A stretch of 64,000 bases of DNA from Actinomycetes bacterium (GTDB lineage Bacteria; Actinomycetota; Actinomycetes; S36-B12): the NCBI GenBank assembly GCA_014190275.1, contig BJGE01000002.1, positions 21,038 through 85,037 of the forward strand, written 5' to 3'. The notes beneath the pieces were generated by a model that saw only the letters and a program-made list of their open reading frames with translations, searched no databases and was not told the origin of the DNA. Below, piece after piece: positions 48,449 through 57,563 of the stretch. The stretch's first letter is position 1; each line of letters opens with the position of its first letter. A program made the translations under genes and the position numbers.

Positions 48449-49399
48449 GTGGGCCTACATCCGATCATGAGGATCACCGCACTCGGGGCGGTTGCAGTGC
48501 TGCTGACCGCGGTGGCCTCGCCGATGGCCAATGCCGCGACCAAGCCAGGAGCCAAGTGCACGAAAGCCGGGGTCACGGTGCATGTGGGCAATAGTGATCT
48601 GCGTTGCGTGAAGAAAGGCGGCAAACTCGTGTGGGTGAAAGTCGCCTCCGGTGGCGGGAGCGGCAGCAGTTCTAGCGGTAGTAGCTCCAGCAGCATTACA
48701 TCCAACGCCAGTATTCCGAAAGTTATCCAGAATTGGGGCCTGGCACTTGACCCCTACGACAGTGCATCGGGCAAAGCCGGCGTGATGCAGTTAAAGGGTG
48801 TCACGCCACCCACCTTCAGCAACCCGGCCGACACCGCGGCGTACAGTCGAATTGTTGGCCTGTATGGATATGTAGTTCAAGGAATCCTAGAGCCACAAAT
48901 GACCTTCATCGCTCCGCTGGGCACCCCGGTGATCTCCATGCTCGATGGCACGGTCTGTGACGTTCCACAGCTGTACAGCAATGACTACAGCGTCCGGGTA
49001 GCGCCCGCCGGCACAGCCTGCACGCAAGGTGGCGCTGCCATTCTCTTCGAGCATGAGCACCTGATAAATGCGACCGTGAAAGTCGGTGACAAAGTAAAAG
49101 CTGGCCAGCGGATCGGCACGGTCAGCGACTACAACTCGAACTGGAAAGCCAATGGCATGGGCATGATCGAGACGGGGGTTTTCTTCGCCAAGACTGGCAG
49201 TACTGCACCATGGCACGCTTGTCTCGCCAATTACCTAGCGCCGACCAAGTCGGCTTCGATGCTCACCACCTTGAGTTCCATTGAAAGTGGCTGGATCGCC
49301 GTTCGCAATGACCCGTCCCTTTACAACCTGGCCGCCCAAAACCCGGTCGGCTGTCTAACCCAGGACGACATCACAGATTCGAACTCGGGCGTGAAGTAA
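48449..49399 (+). CDS. secreted protein with Gly/Ser linker and degenerate M23/LytM-like domain
   Basis: The GTG at 48449 follows AGGGGAG. It has a signal peptide and a GGGSGSSSSGSSSSS linker. The GTPVISMLDGTV and HLINATVKVGDKVKAGQRIGTV blocks resemble M23, but the HxxxD and HxH zinc ligands are not visible. Confidence 0.5.
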   Translation: MGLHPIMRITALGAVAVLLTAVASPMANAATKPGAKCTKAGVTVHVGNSDLRCVKKGGKLVWVKVASGGGSGSSSSGSSSSSITSNASIPKVIQNWGLALDPYDSASGKAGVMQLKGVTPPTFSNPADTAAYSRIVGLYGYVVQGILEPQMTFIAPLGTPVISMLDGTVCDVPQLYSNDYSVRVAPAGTACTQGGAAILFEHEHLINATVKVGDKVKAGQRIGTVSDYNSNWKANGMGMIETGVFFAKTGSTAPWHACLANYLAPTKSASMLTTLSSIESGWIAVRNDPSLYNLAAQNPVGCLTQDDITDSNSGVK

Positions 49400-49469
49400 G
49401 CCACGAGCGCGAAATCGGCGTTCTGGCCGGTAAGTTGGACGCGTGCAGGGCGCGTGGAACAATAAGACC

Positions 49470-50903
49470 GTGACATCCGCCCAGCAGGTCCCCAATGTCC
49501 TAGCTGGCCGTTATGCATCCAATTCGATGGTTGCCATCTGGTCACCGGCAGCCAAGATCGTGCTGGAGCGCAGGCTTTGGCTCGCGGTGCTTACGGTCCA
49601 AGTGAAACTTGGAATGGTGATCCCGGCCGGTGCGATTGCCTCGTATGAAGCGGTGCTTGAATCAGTTGACCTCGACTCGATCGATGCCCGGGAGCGAACC
49701 ACCAAGCACGATGTCAAAGCCCGCATCGAGGAATTCAATGCACTTGCCGGGCACGAACTGATTCACCTGGGCATGACCTCGCGTGATGTCACCGAGAATA
49801 TCGAGCAATTTCAGGTCCGTGAGTCTTTGATGTTGGTGCGAGTGAAAGTAATCTCTGCACTCGCGAGGTTGTCTGAGTTGGCGGTTCGGTATTCAGATAC
49901 CGCAATCGCGGGCCGATCGCACAATGTGCCGGCCCAGATCACCACACTGGGTAAGCGCTTCGCGTCCGCGGCAGATGAACTACTTGTTGCATACGAGCGA
50001 CTTGATGATTTGATTGTGCGCTACCCAATGCGCGGCATCAAGGGCCCGGTCGGCACCTCACAAGACGTGCTAGATCTTTTGGGCGGTGACGAAGCCAAGT
50101 TGGCTGAGTTGGAGGAGGCGATAGCCGAGCACCTTGGATTCGAGCGGGTGCTTGACAGTGTCGGCCAGGTGTATCCGCGCTCACTTGACTTTGATGTGGT
50201 GTCGGCGCTGCTGCAGGTGGCTTCGTCGCCTTCATCACTTGCCACCTCTATTCGTTTGATGGCAAGCCATGACCTCGTCACCGAGGGATTTAGGCCCGGG
50301 CAGGTTGGGTCTTCGGCAATGCCGCACAAGATGAACACCCGCTCCTGTGAACGCATCACCGGGCTAGCGGTTGTGTTGCGGGGTTATGTCACCATGACGT
50401 CAGAGCTCGCGGGTAATCAGTGGAATGAGGGCGACGTCGCCTGCTCGGTGGTGCGCAGGGTGGCACTGCCCGATGCGTTCCTCGCGGTTGACGGGCTATT
50501 TGAAACCTTCCTGACCGTACTTGGTGATTTCGGTGCCTTCCCAGCTGTTATTGAGCGTGAGCTTGAACGTTATTTACCATTTCTCGCTACCACCAAGATC
50601 TTGATGGCGGCGGTGCGCGCAGGGGTGGGGCGCGAAGTTGCCCATGAAGTCATAAGAGAGCATGCTGTAGCGGTCGCACTGGCAATGCGCGAACAGGTGA
50701 ATATTGAAAATAACCTGATGGAGCGTCTTGCCAACGATGCGCGCCTGGGGCTTTCACTTGATGATCTCAATGCACTAATAGCCGAGCCGTTGACCTTCAC
50801 CGGTGCCGCGTCGGCCCAAGTCGATGCGGTAGCCCGGCGGGTGGGGCAGATTGTGGCCGCCAACGTAGATGCGGCCGGCTACCAGCCCGGTGACATCCGG
50901 TGA
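49470..50903 (+). CDS. purB: adenylosuccinate lyase
   Basis: It contains PNVLAGRYAS..MVAIWSP and GSSAMPHKMN (the signature serine loop). GTG at 49470 was chosen as the start, and GTG at 49443 is an alternative. Confidence 0.92.
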   Translation: MTSAQQVPNVLAGRYASNSMVAIWSPAAKIVLERRLWLAVLTVQVKLGMVIPAGAIASYEAVLESVDLDSIDARERTTKHDVKARIEEFNALAGHELIHLGMTSRDVTENIEQFQVRESLMLVRVKVISALARLSELAVRYSDTAIAGRSHNVPAQITTLGKRFASAADELLVAYERLDDLIVRYPMRGIKGPVGTSQDVLDLLGGDEAKLAELEEAIAEHLGFERVLDSVGQVYPRSLDFDVVSALLQVASSPSSLATSIRLMASHDLVTEGFRPGQVGSSAMPHKMNTRSCERITGLAVVLRGYVTMTSELAGNQWNEGDVACSVVRRVALPDAFLAVDGLFETFLTVLGDFGAFPAVIERELERYLPFLATTKILMAAVRAGVGREVAHEVIREHAVAVALAMREQVNIENNLMERLANDARLGLSLDDLNALIAEPLTFTGAASAQVDAVARRVGQIVAANVDAAGYQPGDIR

Positions 50904-51796
50904 GCATTAAGACTCCGCTTTACGACCTACCCGCCGGTTACACCCACGTCTACTCAGGCAAGGTTCGTGATCTGTTCACCACCCCCGAGGATCGATTACT
51001 TTTTGTCGCAAGTGATCGCATCTCTGCATACGACTGGGTGCTGCCCACCACGATCCCCGATAAAGGTCGCATCCTTACGCAGCTATCGCTTTGGTGGTTT
51101 AAGCAGCTTGAAGGGGTCGTCCCCAACCACCTGCGCAGCACCTCGGTGCCGGCGGCGGTCAAAGGGCGCGCCATGATCTGCGATCGGCTCGAGATGCTGC
51201 CAATTGAGTGCGTTGTTCGTGGCTATTTGACCGGGTCGGGGTTGACCACCTATCTCGAATCCCGGTCTATCTGTGGGTTGGGGCTACCGCCAGGCCTCAA
51301 GGATGGCTCGCTGCTGCCGAAGACCATTTTTACTCCGGCGACGAAAGCTGAGCTAGGCGAGCACGACGAAAACGTGACTTTTGACGAAGTGATGACCATC
51401 ATCGGCCAAGAAGAAGCCCAAGAGCTCAAGCGGTTGTCACTGGACATCTACGAGCGTGCCAGCGCGAAAGTCCGGGCCCGCGGCCTAATTCTAGCCGATA
51501 CCAAGTTCGAGTTTGGGGTCGGATTGTCGGGCAAGAACGTGGGCAAAGTGGTATTGGCCGATGAGGTATTGACTCCTGATTCATCTCGTTACTGGCCGCT
51601 GGCAACTTGGGCACCGGGTGGCCCGCAGCCCTCATATGACAAGCAATACGTGCGTGATTGGCTGACCTCGCCGGCATCGGGTTGGGATCGGCACGGCAAT
51701 ACTCCACCGCCACCGCTGCCGGATGAAGTCGTCGAGCAGACCAGAGCGAAGTACATCGAGGCGTATGAGCGCGTCACCGGGGAGACCTTCCGGTGA
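50900..51796 (+). CDS. purC: phosphoribosylaminoimidazole-succinocarboxamide synthase
   Basis: It has a GTGA overlap with purB. The YSGKVRDLF and LADTKFEFG motifs are present. Confidence 0.93.
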   Translation: MSIKTPLYDLPAGYTHVYSGKVRDLFTTPEDRLLFVASDRISAYDWVLPTTIPDKGRILTQLSLWWFKQLEGVVPNHLRSTSVPAAVKGRAMICDRLEMLPIECVVRGYLTGSGLTTYLESRSICGLGLPPGLKDGSLLPKTIFTPATKAELGEHDENVTFDEVMTIIGQEEAQELKRLSLDIYERASAKVRARGLILADTKFEFGVGLSGKNVGKVVLADEVLTPDSSRYWPLATWAPGGPQPSYDKQYVRDWLTSPASGWDRHGNTPPPPLPDEVVEQTRAKYIEAYERVTGETFR

Positions 51797-52761
51797 CAAC
51801 CTGGTTGATCACCGGTGGCGCGGGCTACATCGGCTCCCATGTCGTACGCGCACTGCAAGACTCCGGACGCAAGGTAGTTGTTCTCGATGATTTTTCAAGC
51901 GGCCTAGAACGTAAGGTGCCAGCAGGGGTACCAATTGTGCGAGCCTGCATTGCGGATCGTGCCGCGGTAGCCGAAGCATTGCAAGCCCATCAGGTTGACG
52001 GCGTGATCCACCTTGCCGCCAAGAAGGCGGCCGGTGAGTCAGTCTCGATTCCTTTGTACTACTACCGCGAAAATGTTGGCGGCATGGTCGAGTTACTAGC
52101 TGCGATGAGTGAAGTCGGAGTAGCCAAACTTGTCTACTCATCTTCAGCGGCTGTTTATGGCACACCGGTTGCAAATCCAATTCATGAAGATGCGCGACTT
52201 GCTCCGGAATCACCCTATGGTGAAACAAAAGTCGTTGGAGAGTGGCTAGCGCGCGATGCCGGTATGGCCGATGGGGTTTCGTGGGTGGCGCTGCGCTACT
52301 TCAACGTTGCTGGTGCCGCGAGTGATGAGCTGGGCGACAACAGCGTAAACAATCTCATACCGATGGTTTTTGGCGCCTTGGCACTTGGTGAGCGGCCGCA
52401 GATATTCGGCGACGACTATCCAACTTCCGATGGCACCTGTATTCGAGACTACATTCATGTGGCCGATCTAGCCGTCGCGCATGTGGTGGCCGCCGCACGG
52501 TGTGAATCTTCAATGAGTGCCGAGATCTTCAATGTCGGCCTAGGTGTCGGATCATCGGTCCGCGAAGTCATGGACACCATCGGTTCGGTACTCGGCCGCG
52601 ACATTGACCCGGAGGTGGTCGCACGTAGAGTGGGGGATCCACCGGCTTCGACAGCAGCAACCGACCGCATTGAGAAGGCTCTGGGGTGGCGGGCCACGCA
52701 TGACCTGCGCGCCATGGTGGCATCGGCTTGGTCGGCATGGCAGGCATTTCCGCCTAATTGA
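51793..52761 (+). CDS. galE: UDP-glucose 4-epimerase
   Basis: It has a GTGA overlap with purC. The translation has ITGGAGYIGSH, YGETK and the extended-SDR pattern. Confidence 0.88.
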   Translation: MTTWLITGGAGYIGSHVVRALQDSGRKVVVLDDFSSGLERKVPAGVPIVRACIADRAAVAEALQAHQVDGVIHLAAKKAAGESVSIPLYYYRENVGGMVELLAAMSEVGVAKLVYSSSAAVYGTPVANPIHEDARLAPESPYGETKVVGEWLARDAGMADGVSWVALRYFNVAGAASDELGDNSVNNLIPMVFGALALGERPQIFGDDYPTSDGTCIRDYIHVADLAVAHVVAAARCESSMSAEIFNVGLGVGSSVREVMDTIGSVLGRDIDPEVVARRVGDPPASTAATDRIEKALGWRATHDLRAMVASAWSAWQAFPPN

Positions 52762-53206
52762 GTATTGGCTGAACCAAGAAGACCGGGATTTCGCGACCGG
52801 CATTTCGCTCGTACATCGCGTAGGCAGACCACATCGCCACTAACTCTTGGTAGAGCACCTCGCGCTGTGGACCCGTTACCTCGATAAATGAGCAGTCGGT
52901 CTTGGTGCCGTCGATTTCAACGAATCCAAGGTTATGGGCGCGCACATTGAAAACCCAACTTGGGATTTGGGCCTGGCCGGCATTTGACCCGGTGATAACC
53001 CACGAGCCTTCGTGCGGCGCCGCGAGGAGCGGGGTCCGGCGCCAACTGCCGGATTTGCGGCCGAGGGTAGAGATCCAGATAACCTGCTGCCCCCCGGGGA
53101 ACCGGCGCCAAAGCCGCCCGCCACTTAACCTGTCGACGACCTTGTGGAGTCTGGTGGTGGTGCGCAGGGTCAACCCCCACCAGGTGTCGTAGCCCCTTGA
53201 GCCCAT
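52754..53206 (-). CDS. deazaflavin (F420)-dependent nitroreductase-family oxidoreductase (Ddn-like)
   Basis: ISTLGRKSGSWRRTPLL...GSNAGQAQIPSWVFNVRA...RE(I)PVF matches the Ddn/PPOX-like family. The ATG at 53206 was chosen. Its 3' end overlaps the galE stop by 8 nt. Confidence 0.8.
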   Translation of the reverse strand: MGSRGYDTWWGLTLRTTTRLHKVVDRLSGGRLWRRFPGGQQVIWISTLGRKSGSWRRTPLLAAPHEGSWVITGSNAGQAQIPSWVFNVRAHNLGFVEIDGTKTDCSFIEVTGPQREVLYQELVAMWSAYAMYERNAGREIPVFLVQPILN

Positions 53207-53237
53207 GGGCACACAGTACCCACTTACCCGCTTTACG

Positions 53238-53257
53238 TATGGCACTACATATGGCAC
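53238..53257 (+). promoter_or_regulatory. tandem direct repeat TATGGCAC x2 upstream of the RHH antitoxin gene (candidate operator)
   Basis: TATGGCAC occurs at 53238-53245 and 53250-53257, a 12-nt register. The second copy ends 10 nt before the ATG at 53268. Confidence 0.3.
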
Positions 53258-53267
53258 GATTACCGAC

Positions 53268-53483
53268 ATGAAGCGGACCACCGTGTATTTACCTGATGAA
53301 CTCAAGGCCCGGTTGGTAGCCGAAGCAGCCCGCCGTCAGGTAACCGAGGCCGAGATCATTCGGCAGGCTGTGGATAAAGAAACCCGGCAGCCGCGTCCAC
53401 GTGGTGGAATCTTCTCCGGAGACACGGGCGGGGTAACCGGGGCCAATCTCCATGAGCACATGGAGGGATTTGGTGAAAATTGA
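53268..53483 (+). CDS. vapB: type II antitoxin, CopG/ribbon-helix-helix family (VapB)
   Basis: MKRTTVYLPDELKARLVAEAARRQVTEAEIIRQAV is a textbook RHH N-terminus. Confidence 0.7.
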   Translation: MKRTTVYLPDELKARLVAEAARRQVTEAEIIRQAVDKETRQPRPRGGIFSGDTGGVTGANLHEHMEGFGEN

Positions 53484-53890
53484 TCATCCTCGACACGGGT
53501 GCAATGTTTTCCTATCTGGTTGCATCCGACCCGCACCATGAAGCGGTGGCGTCAATATTCGCAGCTAATAGCGAGTGTTTCGTCCTCAGTCCATTTGTGA
53601 TTGCCGAATTGGACTATTTCGTCTTGACGAGATTGGGTGTTCGTACCGAGCTCGCTTTTCTGGCAGATATTGCCAGCGGTGCATATGAACTGCCGGTGCT
53701 GAGTGCAGCCGACTTAATAGCTTGCGCGGGCGTCATCGACAAATACTCCGACCAGCGGGTAGGCGTAACCGATGCCTCATTGATCGTCCTCGCGGAGCGG
53801 TACCAAACCCGGCGTATCTGCACCCTTGATCGCCGACACTTCGGGGTCATGCGAGGCACGGACGGCACTCCATTAGAACTACTGCCGTGA
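53480..53890 (+). CDS. vapC: type II toxin VapC (PIN domain)
   Basis: The TTG start overlaps the antitoxin stop (TTGA). The translation has MIILDTGAMFSYL...VTDASLIVLAE...TLDRRHF, the PIN pattern. Confidence 0.8.
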   Translation: MIILDTGAMFSYLVASDPHHEAVASIFAANSECFVLSPFVIAELDYFVLTRLGVRTELAFLADIASGAYELPVLSAADLIACAGVIDKYSDQRVGVTDASLIVLAERYQTRRICTLDRRHFGVMRGTDGTPLELLP

Positions 53891-53966
53891 CCGGCTCCAG
53901 ACGTCGATAGACTGAAATCCTTCCTCGGACCACCAACTAAAACCTGCGACTAGCAATGGAGAGCCC

Positions 53967-54221
53967 GTGGCCCGCGTCGTCGTGGACGTCATGCTTAAAC
54001 CTGAAATTCTGGATCCGCAAGGCCGGGCCGTCGAAGGCTCCTTGCGCCGACTGGGTCTCACCGGAGTCAATGATGTCCGCCAGGGCAAGCAGTTCATCAT
54101 CGATCTTGACGGCGTTGTCGAAGGTGCGCGCCTTGAGCTGCTTGAAACCTTGGCTGCGGAATTATTGAGCAACCCGGTGATCGAAGACTACAAACTTAAG
54201 GTAATCGAGGACCCCGCATGA
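53967..54221 (+). CDS. purS: phosphoribosylformylglycinamidine synthase subunit PurS
   Basis: A GTG start follows GGAGAG. The translation [18 protein letters not shown] is PurS-like, and the gene is followed by purQ and purL. Confidence 0.85.
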   Translation: MARVVVDVMLKPEILDPQGRAVEGSLRRLGLTGVNDVRQGKQFIIDLDGVVEGARLELLETLAAELLSNPVIEDYKLKVIEDPA

Positions 54222-54895
54222 GCGTACGGGTTGGTGTAGTTACCTTCCCCGGCTCACTTGATGACCGAGATGCCGCGCGAGCGGTACGCATCGCAGGTGG
54301 GCAGGCAGTTGCCCTTTGGCATGGTGATGATGATCTGCGTAACGTCGACGCGGTGATTTTGCCGGGTGGATTCTCCTATGGCGATTACCTGCGCTGCGGA
54401 GCCATCGCCCGCTTTGCGCCGGTGATGCGCTCGATAATCGAGCGGGCAAGTGCCGGAATGCCATTGTTGGGGATCTGCAACGGATTCCAGATTCTTTGTG
54501 AGTCGCAGCTACTCCCCGGGGCACTGACCCGCAATGACTCCTTGCACTTTATCTGTCGCGACCAGCGCCTGCGCGTCGAGAACACGAGCTCCGCCTGGAC
54601 TTCAGGCTTCATGAGCGGCCAGGAGATCGTGATCCCGTTGAAGAATGGCGAAGGCGGTTATGTCGCCGATGAGCGCACCCTGGACGCACTGGAGGCCGAA
54701 GGCCGCGTAGTTGCGCGGTATCTGGAAGTCAATCCCAATGGCAGCCGACGCGATATCGCCGGGATAACAAACGAGCGCGGCAATGTAGTTGGGTTGATGC
54801 CGCACCCGGAGCACGCGGTTGAGCCGCTGACCGGCCCGACCACGGATGGAACCCCGTTCTTCACCAGTGTCCTGAAGTCGTTGGTGAGCGCATGA
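54218..54895 (+). CDS. purQ: phosphoribosylformylglycinamidine synthase subunit PurQ (glutaminase)
   Basis: It has the nucleophile elbow LGICNGFQ and MPHPE. It overlaps both purS and purL by 4 nt. Confidence 0.92.
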   Translation: MSVRVGVVTFPGSLDDRDAARAVRIAGGQAVALWHGDDDLRNVDAVILPGGFSYGDYLRCGAIARFAPVMRSIIERASAGMPLLGICNGFQILCESQLLPGALTRNDSLHFICRDQRLRVENTSSAWTSGFMSGQEIVIPLKNGEGGYVADERTLDALEAEGRVVARYLEVNPNGSRRDIAGITNERGNVVGLMPHPEHAVEPLTGPTTDGTPFFTSVLKSLVSA

Positions 54896-57144
54896 GCATA
54901 GATACCGTTGCCGCCGCCGAAGTCTCACCTGAGCAATCGCAACCGTTCGCCGAGTTGGGATTGAAGCCTGATGAATATCAGCAGATCCGCGACATCCTCC
55001 ACCGCCGGCCGACCTCATCTGAACTCGCCATGTACTCGGTCATGTGGAGTGAGCACTGCTCCTACAAATCATCGAAAGTTCATCTTCGCCAGTTCGGTGA
55101 GAAAGCGCCGAAGACAGATGCACTCCTGGTAGGTATTGGTGAAAACGCCGGTGTTGTAGATATCGGTGCTGGTTGGGCTGTTACTTTCAAGGTCGAGAGT
55201 CACAACCACCCGTCCTATGTCGAGCCGTACCAGGGTGCCGCAACCGGCATCGGTGGGATCGTGCGCGACATCATGTCTATGGGTGCACGCCCACTCGCGG
55301 TCATGGATCCACTCCGGTTTGGGCCGGCCGATGCGCCAGACACCGCTCGGGTGCTGCCGGGCGTCGTGGCTGGGATCGGCGGCTACGGTAATTGCTTGGG
55401 CCTGCCGAATATCGGTGGTGAGATCGTCTTCGACTCCGCCTATCTCGGTAACCCACTAGTAAATGCCCTTTGCGTCGGTGCGATGAAACATGAGGACATC
55501 CACCTAGCCAGTGCCAAGGGCGTCGGCAACTTGGTAGTTCTTTATGGAGCCCGCACCGGCGGTGATGGTATTGGTGGGGTGTCTGTACTTGCCTCGGAGA
55601 CATTCGCCGACGGTGGCCCAACTAAACGACCGAGCGTGCAGGTTGGTGACCCATTCATGGAGAAGTTGCTAATTGAGGCAACCCTTGAGGTCTTGCAAGC
55701 CGGGTTAGTTGAAGGTATTCAAGATCTTGGCGGTGCCGGCATCTCCTGTGCGACCAGTGAGTTGGCGTCAAATGGTGAAGGTGGCATGCACGTTTGGCTG
55801 GACCGAGTGCTTTTGCGCGATGCAACTTTGTCACCGGAGGAAATCTTGATGAGTGAGTCGCAGGAACGCATGTGCGCGATTGTGTGTCCGGATCGGCTAC
55901 CGGAGTTCATGGAGCGCTGTGCAAAGTGGGAAGTCGAAGCGGTCGTAATCGGTGAGGTAAATGCAACCGGCCGACTTACCGTGGATTGGCACGGTGAACG
56001 AATCGTCGATGTGCCGCCGCGTACCGTCGCGCATGAAGGCCCCGTTTATGAACGCCCGTTTCACCGGCCAGCATGGCTGGATGCGTTGCAGGCCGATACC
56101 CCCGACCACCTGGAACGGCCGGTAACCGGGCCGGAGTTAAGACAGACCCTGCTCGCGATGGTGGCCGCGCCGAACCTGGCCTCGAAGTCTTGGGTGACCT
56201 CGCAATACGACCGCTATGTGCAGGGCAACACGGTGCTGGCCCAGCCGGAGGATGCCGGCATGATCCGCATTGACGAGGCGACCGGCCTCGGCGTCGCCAT
56301 CGCCACTGACTGCAATGGGCGCTTCGCGAAACTTGACCCGTACGCGGGTGCGCAGTTGGCTCTTGCTGAGGCTTATCGCAATGTGGCCGCATCGGGTGCC
56401 ACGCCGCTCGCCGTAACCAACTGCCTGAACTTCGGCTCGCCGGAGGATCCAGAGGTGATGTGGCAGTTCGCCGAAGCGACCCGCGGGTTGGCCGATGGGT
56501 GCCTGCAACTTGGCACCCCGGTAACCGGAGGCAATGTCTCCTTCTATAACCAAACTGGCGATACCGCCATCTTGCCGACCCCGGTGGTGGGTGTACTCGG
56601 TGTCATCGCTGACGTTGCCATGCGCACCTCAATGGCCTGGCATGACGAGGGTGATCACATCTACTTACTCGGTGATACCAGTGCTGAGTTTGGCGGCAGT
56701 GAATGGGCGAATCACGTGCACGGCCACCTCGGTGGCTTACCGCCCAGGGTTGATCTTGATCGCGAGCGCGCGTTGGCGAAGGTTTTGGTCACCGGATCAA
56801 CGAGCGGGTTATTGGTGGCCGCACATGATGTCTCGGACGGCGGGGTGGCGCAGGTATTGGTCGAGATGGCCCTACGCGCCGGCACCGGTGCCACCGTGAA
56901 CGTGCCAGCAGCCTTGGAGCCATTTGTCTTCATGTTCGCCGAGTCGGCAGGCCGCGCGGTGGTGGTGGTGCGGCCAACTGAGGCCGGTCAACTCGGTGCC
57001 TTATGTGAGCGGGCCGGCGTGCCCTTGACGGAAATTGGGGTAGTCACAGCTGGGGCGGAACTGACCTTTGCAGACCTCTTCACGGTGCCACTTGGTGACT
57101 TAAAGCGCGAGCATGAGCGCACCCTGCCTGAACTTTTCGGTTAG
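54892..57144 (+). CDS. purL: phosphoribosylformylglycinamidine synthase subunit PurL
   Basis: The 750-aa translation contains [10 protein letters not shown] and ESHNHPS motifs. Confidence 0.95.
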   Translation: MSIDTVAAAEVSPEQSQPFAELGLKPDEYQQIRDILHRRPTSSELAMYSVMWSEHCSYKSSKVHLRQFGEKAPKTDALLVGIGENAGVVDIGAGWAVTFKVESHNHPSYVEPYQGAATGIGGIVRDIMSMGARPLAVMDPLRFGPADAPDTARVLPGVVAGIGGYGNCLGLPNIGGEIVFDSAYLGNPLVNALCVGAMKHEDIHLASAKGVGNLVVLYGARTGGDGIGGVSVLASETFADGGPTKRPSVQVGDPFMEKLLIEATLEVLQAGLVEGIQDLGGAGISCATSELASNGEGGMHVWLDRVLLRDATLSPEEILMSESQERMCAIVCPDRLPEFMERCAKWEVEAVVIGEVNATGRLTVDWHGERIVDVPPRTVAHEGPVYERPFHRPAWLDALQADTPDHLERPVTGPELRQTLLAMVAAPNLASKSWVTSQYDRYVQGNTVLAQPEDAGMIRIDEATGLGVAIATDCNGRFAKLDPYAGAQLALAEAYRNVAASGATPLAVTNCLNFGSPEDPEVMWQFAEATRGLADGCLQLGTPVTGGNVSFYNQTGDTAILPTPVVGVLGVIADVAMRTSMAWHDEGDHIYLLGDTSAEFGGSEWANHVHGHLGGLPPRVDLDRERALAKVLVTGSTSGLLVAAHDVSDGGVAQVLVEMALRAGTGATVNVPAALEPFVFMFAESAGRAVVVVRPTEAGQLGALCERAGVPLTEIGVVTAGAELTFADLFTVPLGDLKREHERTLPELFG

Positions 57145-57148
57145 TTAG

Positions 57149-57514
57149 ATGGTTGCTGCTCCGTCCTCCATCACCGAGGTGCTCGCGGTTTTCTCGCGTG
57201 GGGAGGAGCCGGCTGCGGATCAGGTTAAAGCCGCGGTTAAAGCCTCGTTGGCTGCCTTGATCGAGGCTGCGCCCGGGCGCAGTGTTGAAGTGCGAATCCC
57301 ACCATTTGCGGCCGTCCAGGCGATCCCCGGGCGCACCCACCGACGTGGCACCCCATCGGCGGTGGTTGAGACCGATGCGCGCACCTGGCTGGAGTTATGC
57401 GTCGGGGCAACACTATGGACGCAGGCCGCTAACCGGGTGCGAGCCAGTGGTGAGCGATCGGACTTGTCACCTTGGCTGCCCCTGTATGAAGAAGTGAAAC
57501 TGTCCCTTGAATAA
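57149..57514 (+). CDS. sterol-carrier-like family protein (conserved purL-purF spacer gene)
   Basis: This 121-aa ORF sits between purL and purF. The family assignment is from memory of actinobacterial annotation and is not motif-proven. Confidence 0.5.
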   Translation: MVAAPSSITEVLAVFSRGEEPAADQVKAAVKASLAALIEAAPGRSVEVRIPPFAAVQAIPGRTHRRGTPSAVVETDARTWLELCVGATLWTQAANRVRASGERSDLSPWLPLYEEVKLSLE

Positions 57515-57563
57515 CTGCGTGCCCACGCTGGGGGCGGACTTGAAAATCGCGTAGGCTGGCGGT

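Noticed and set aside
53891-53966. I looked for purine/ZTP-type riboswitches upstream of purS (and also at 57515-57563 before purF and 49400-49469 before purB).
   Set aside because: The leaders are short (50-75 nt). I could not find the conserved ZTP (pfl) 3' element or a purine-riboswitch three-way junction. A covariance-model scan would be needed to be certain.
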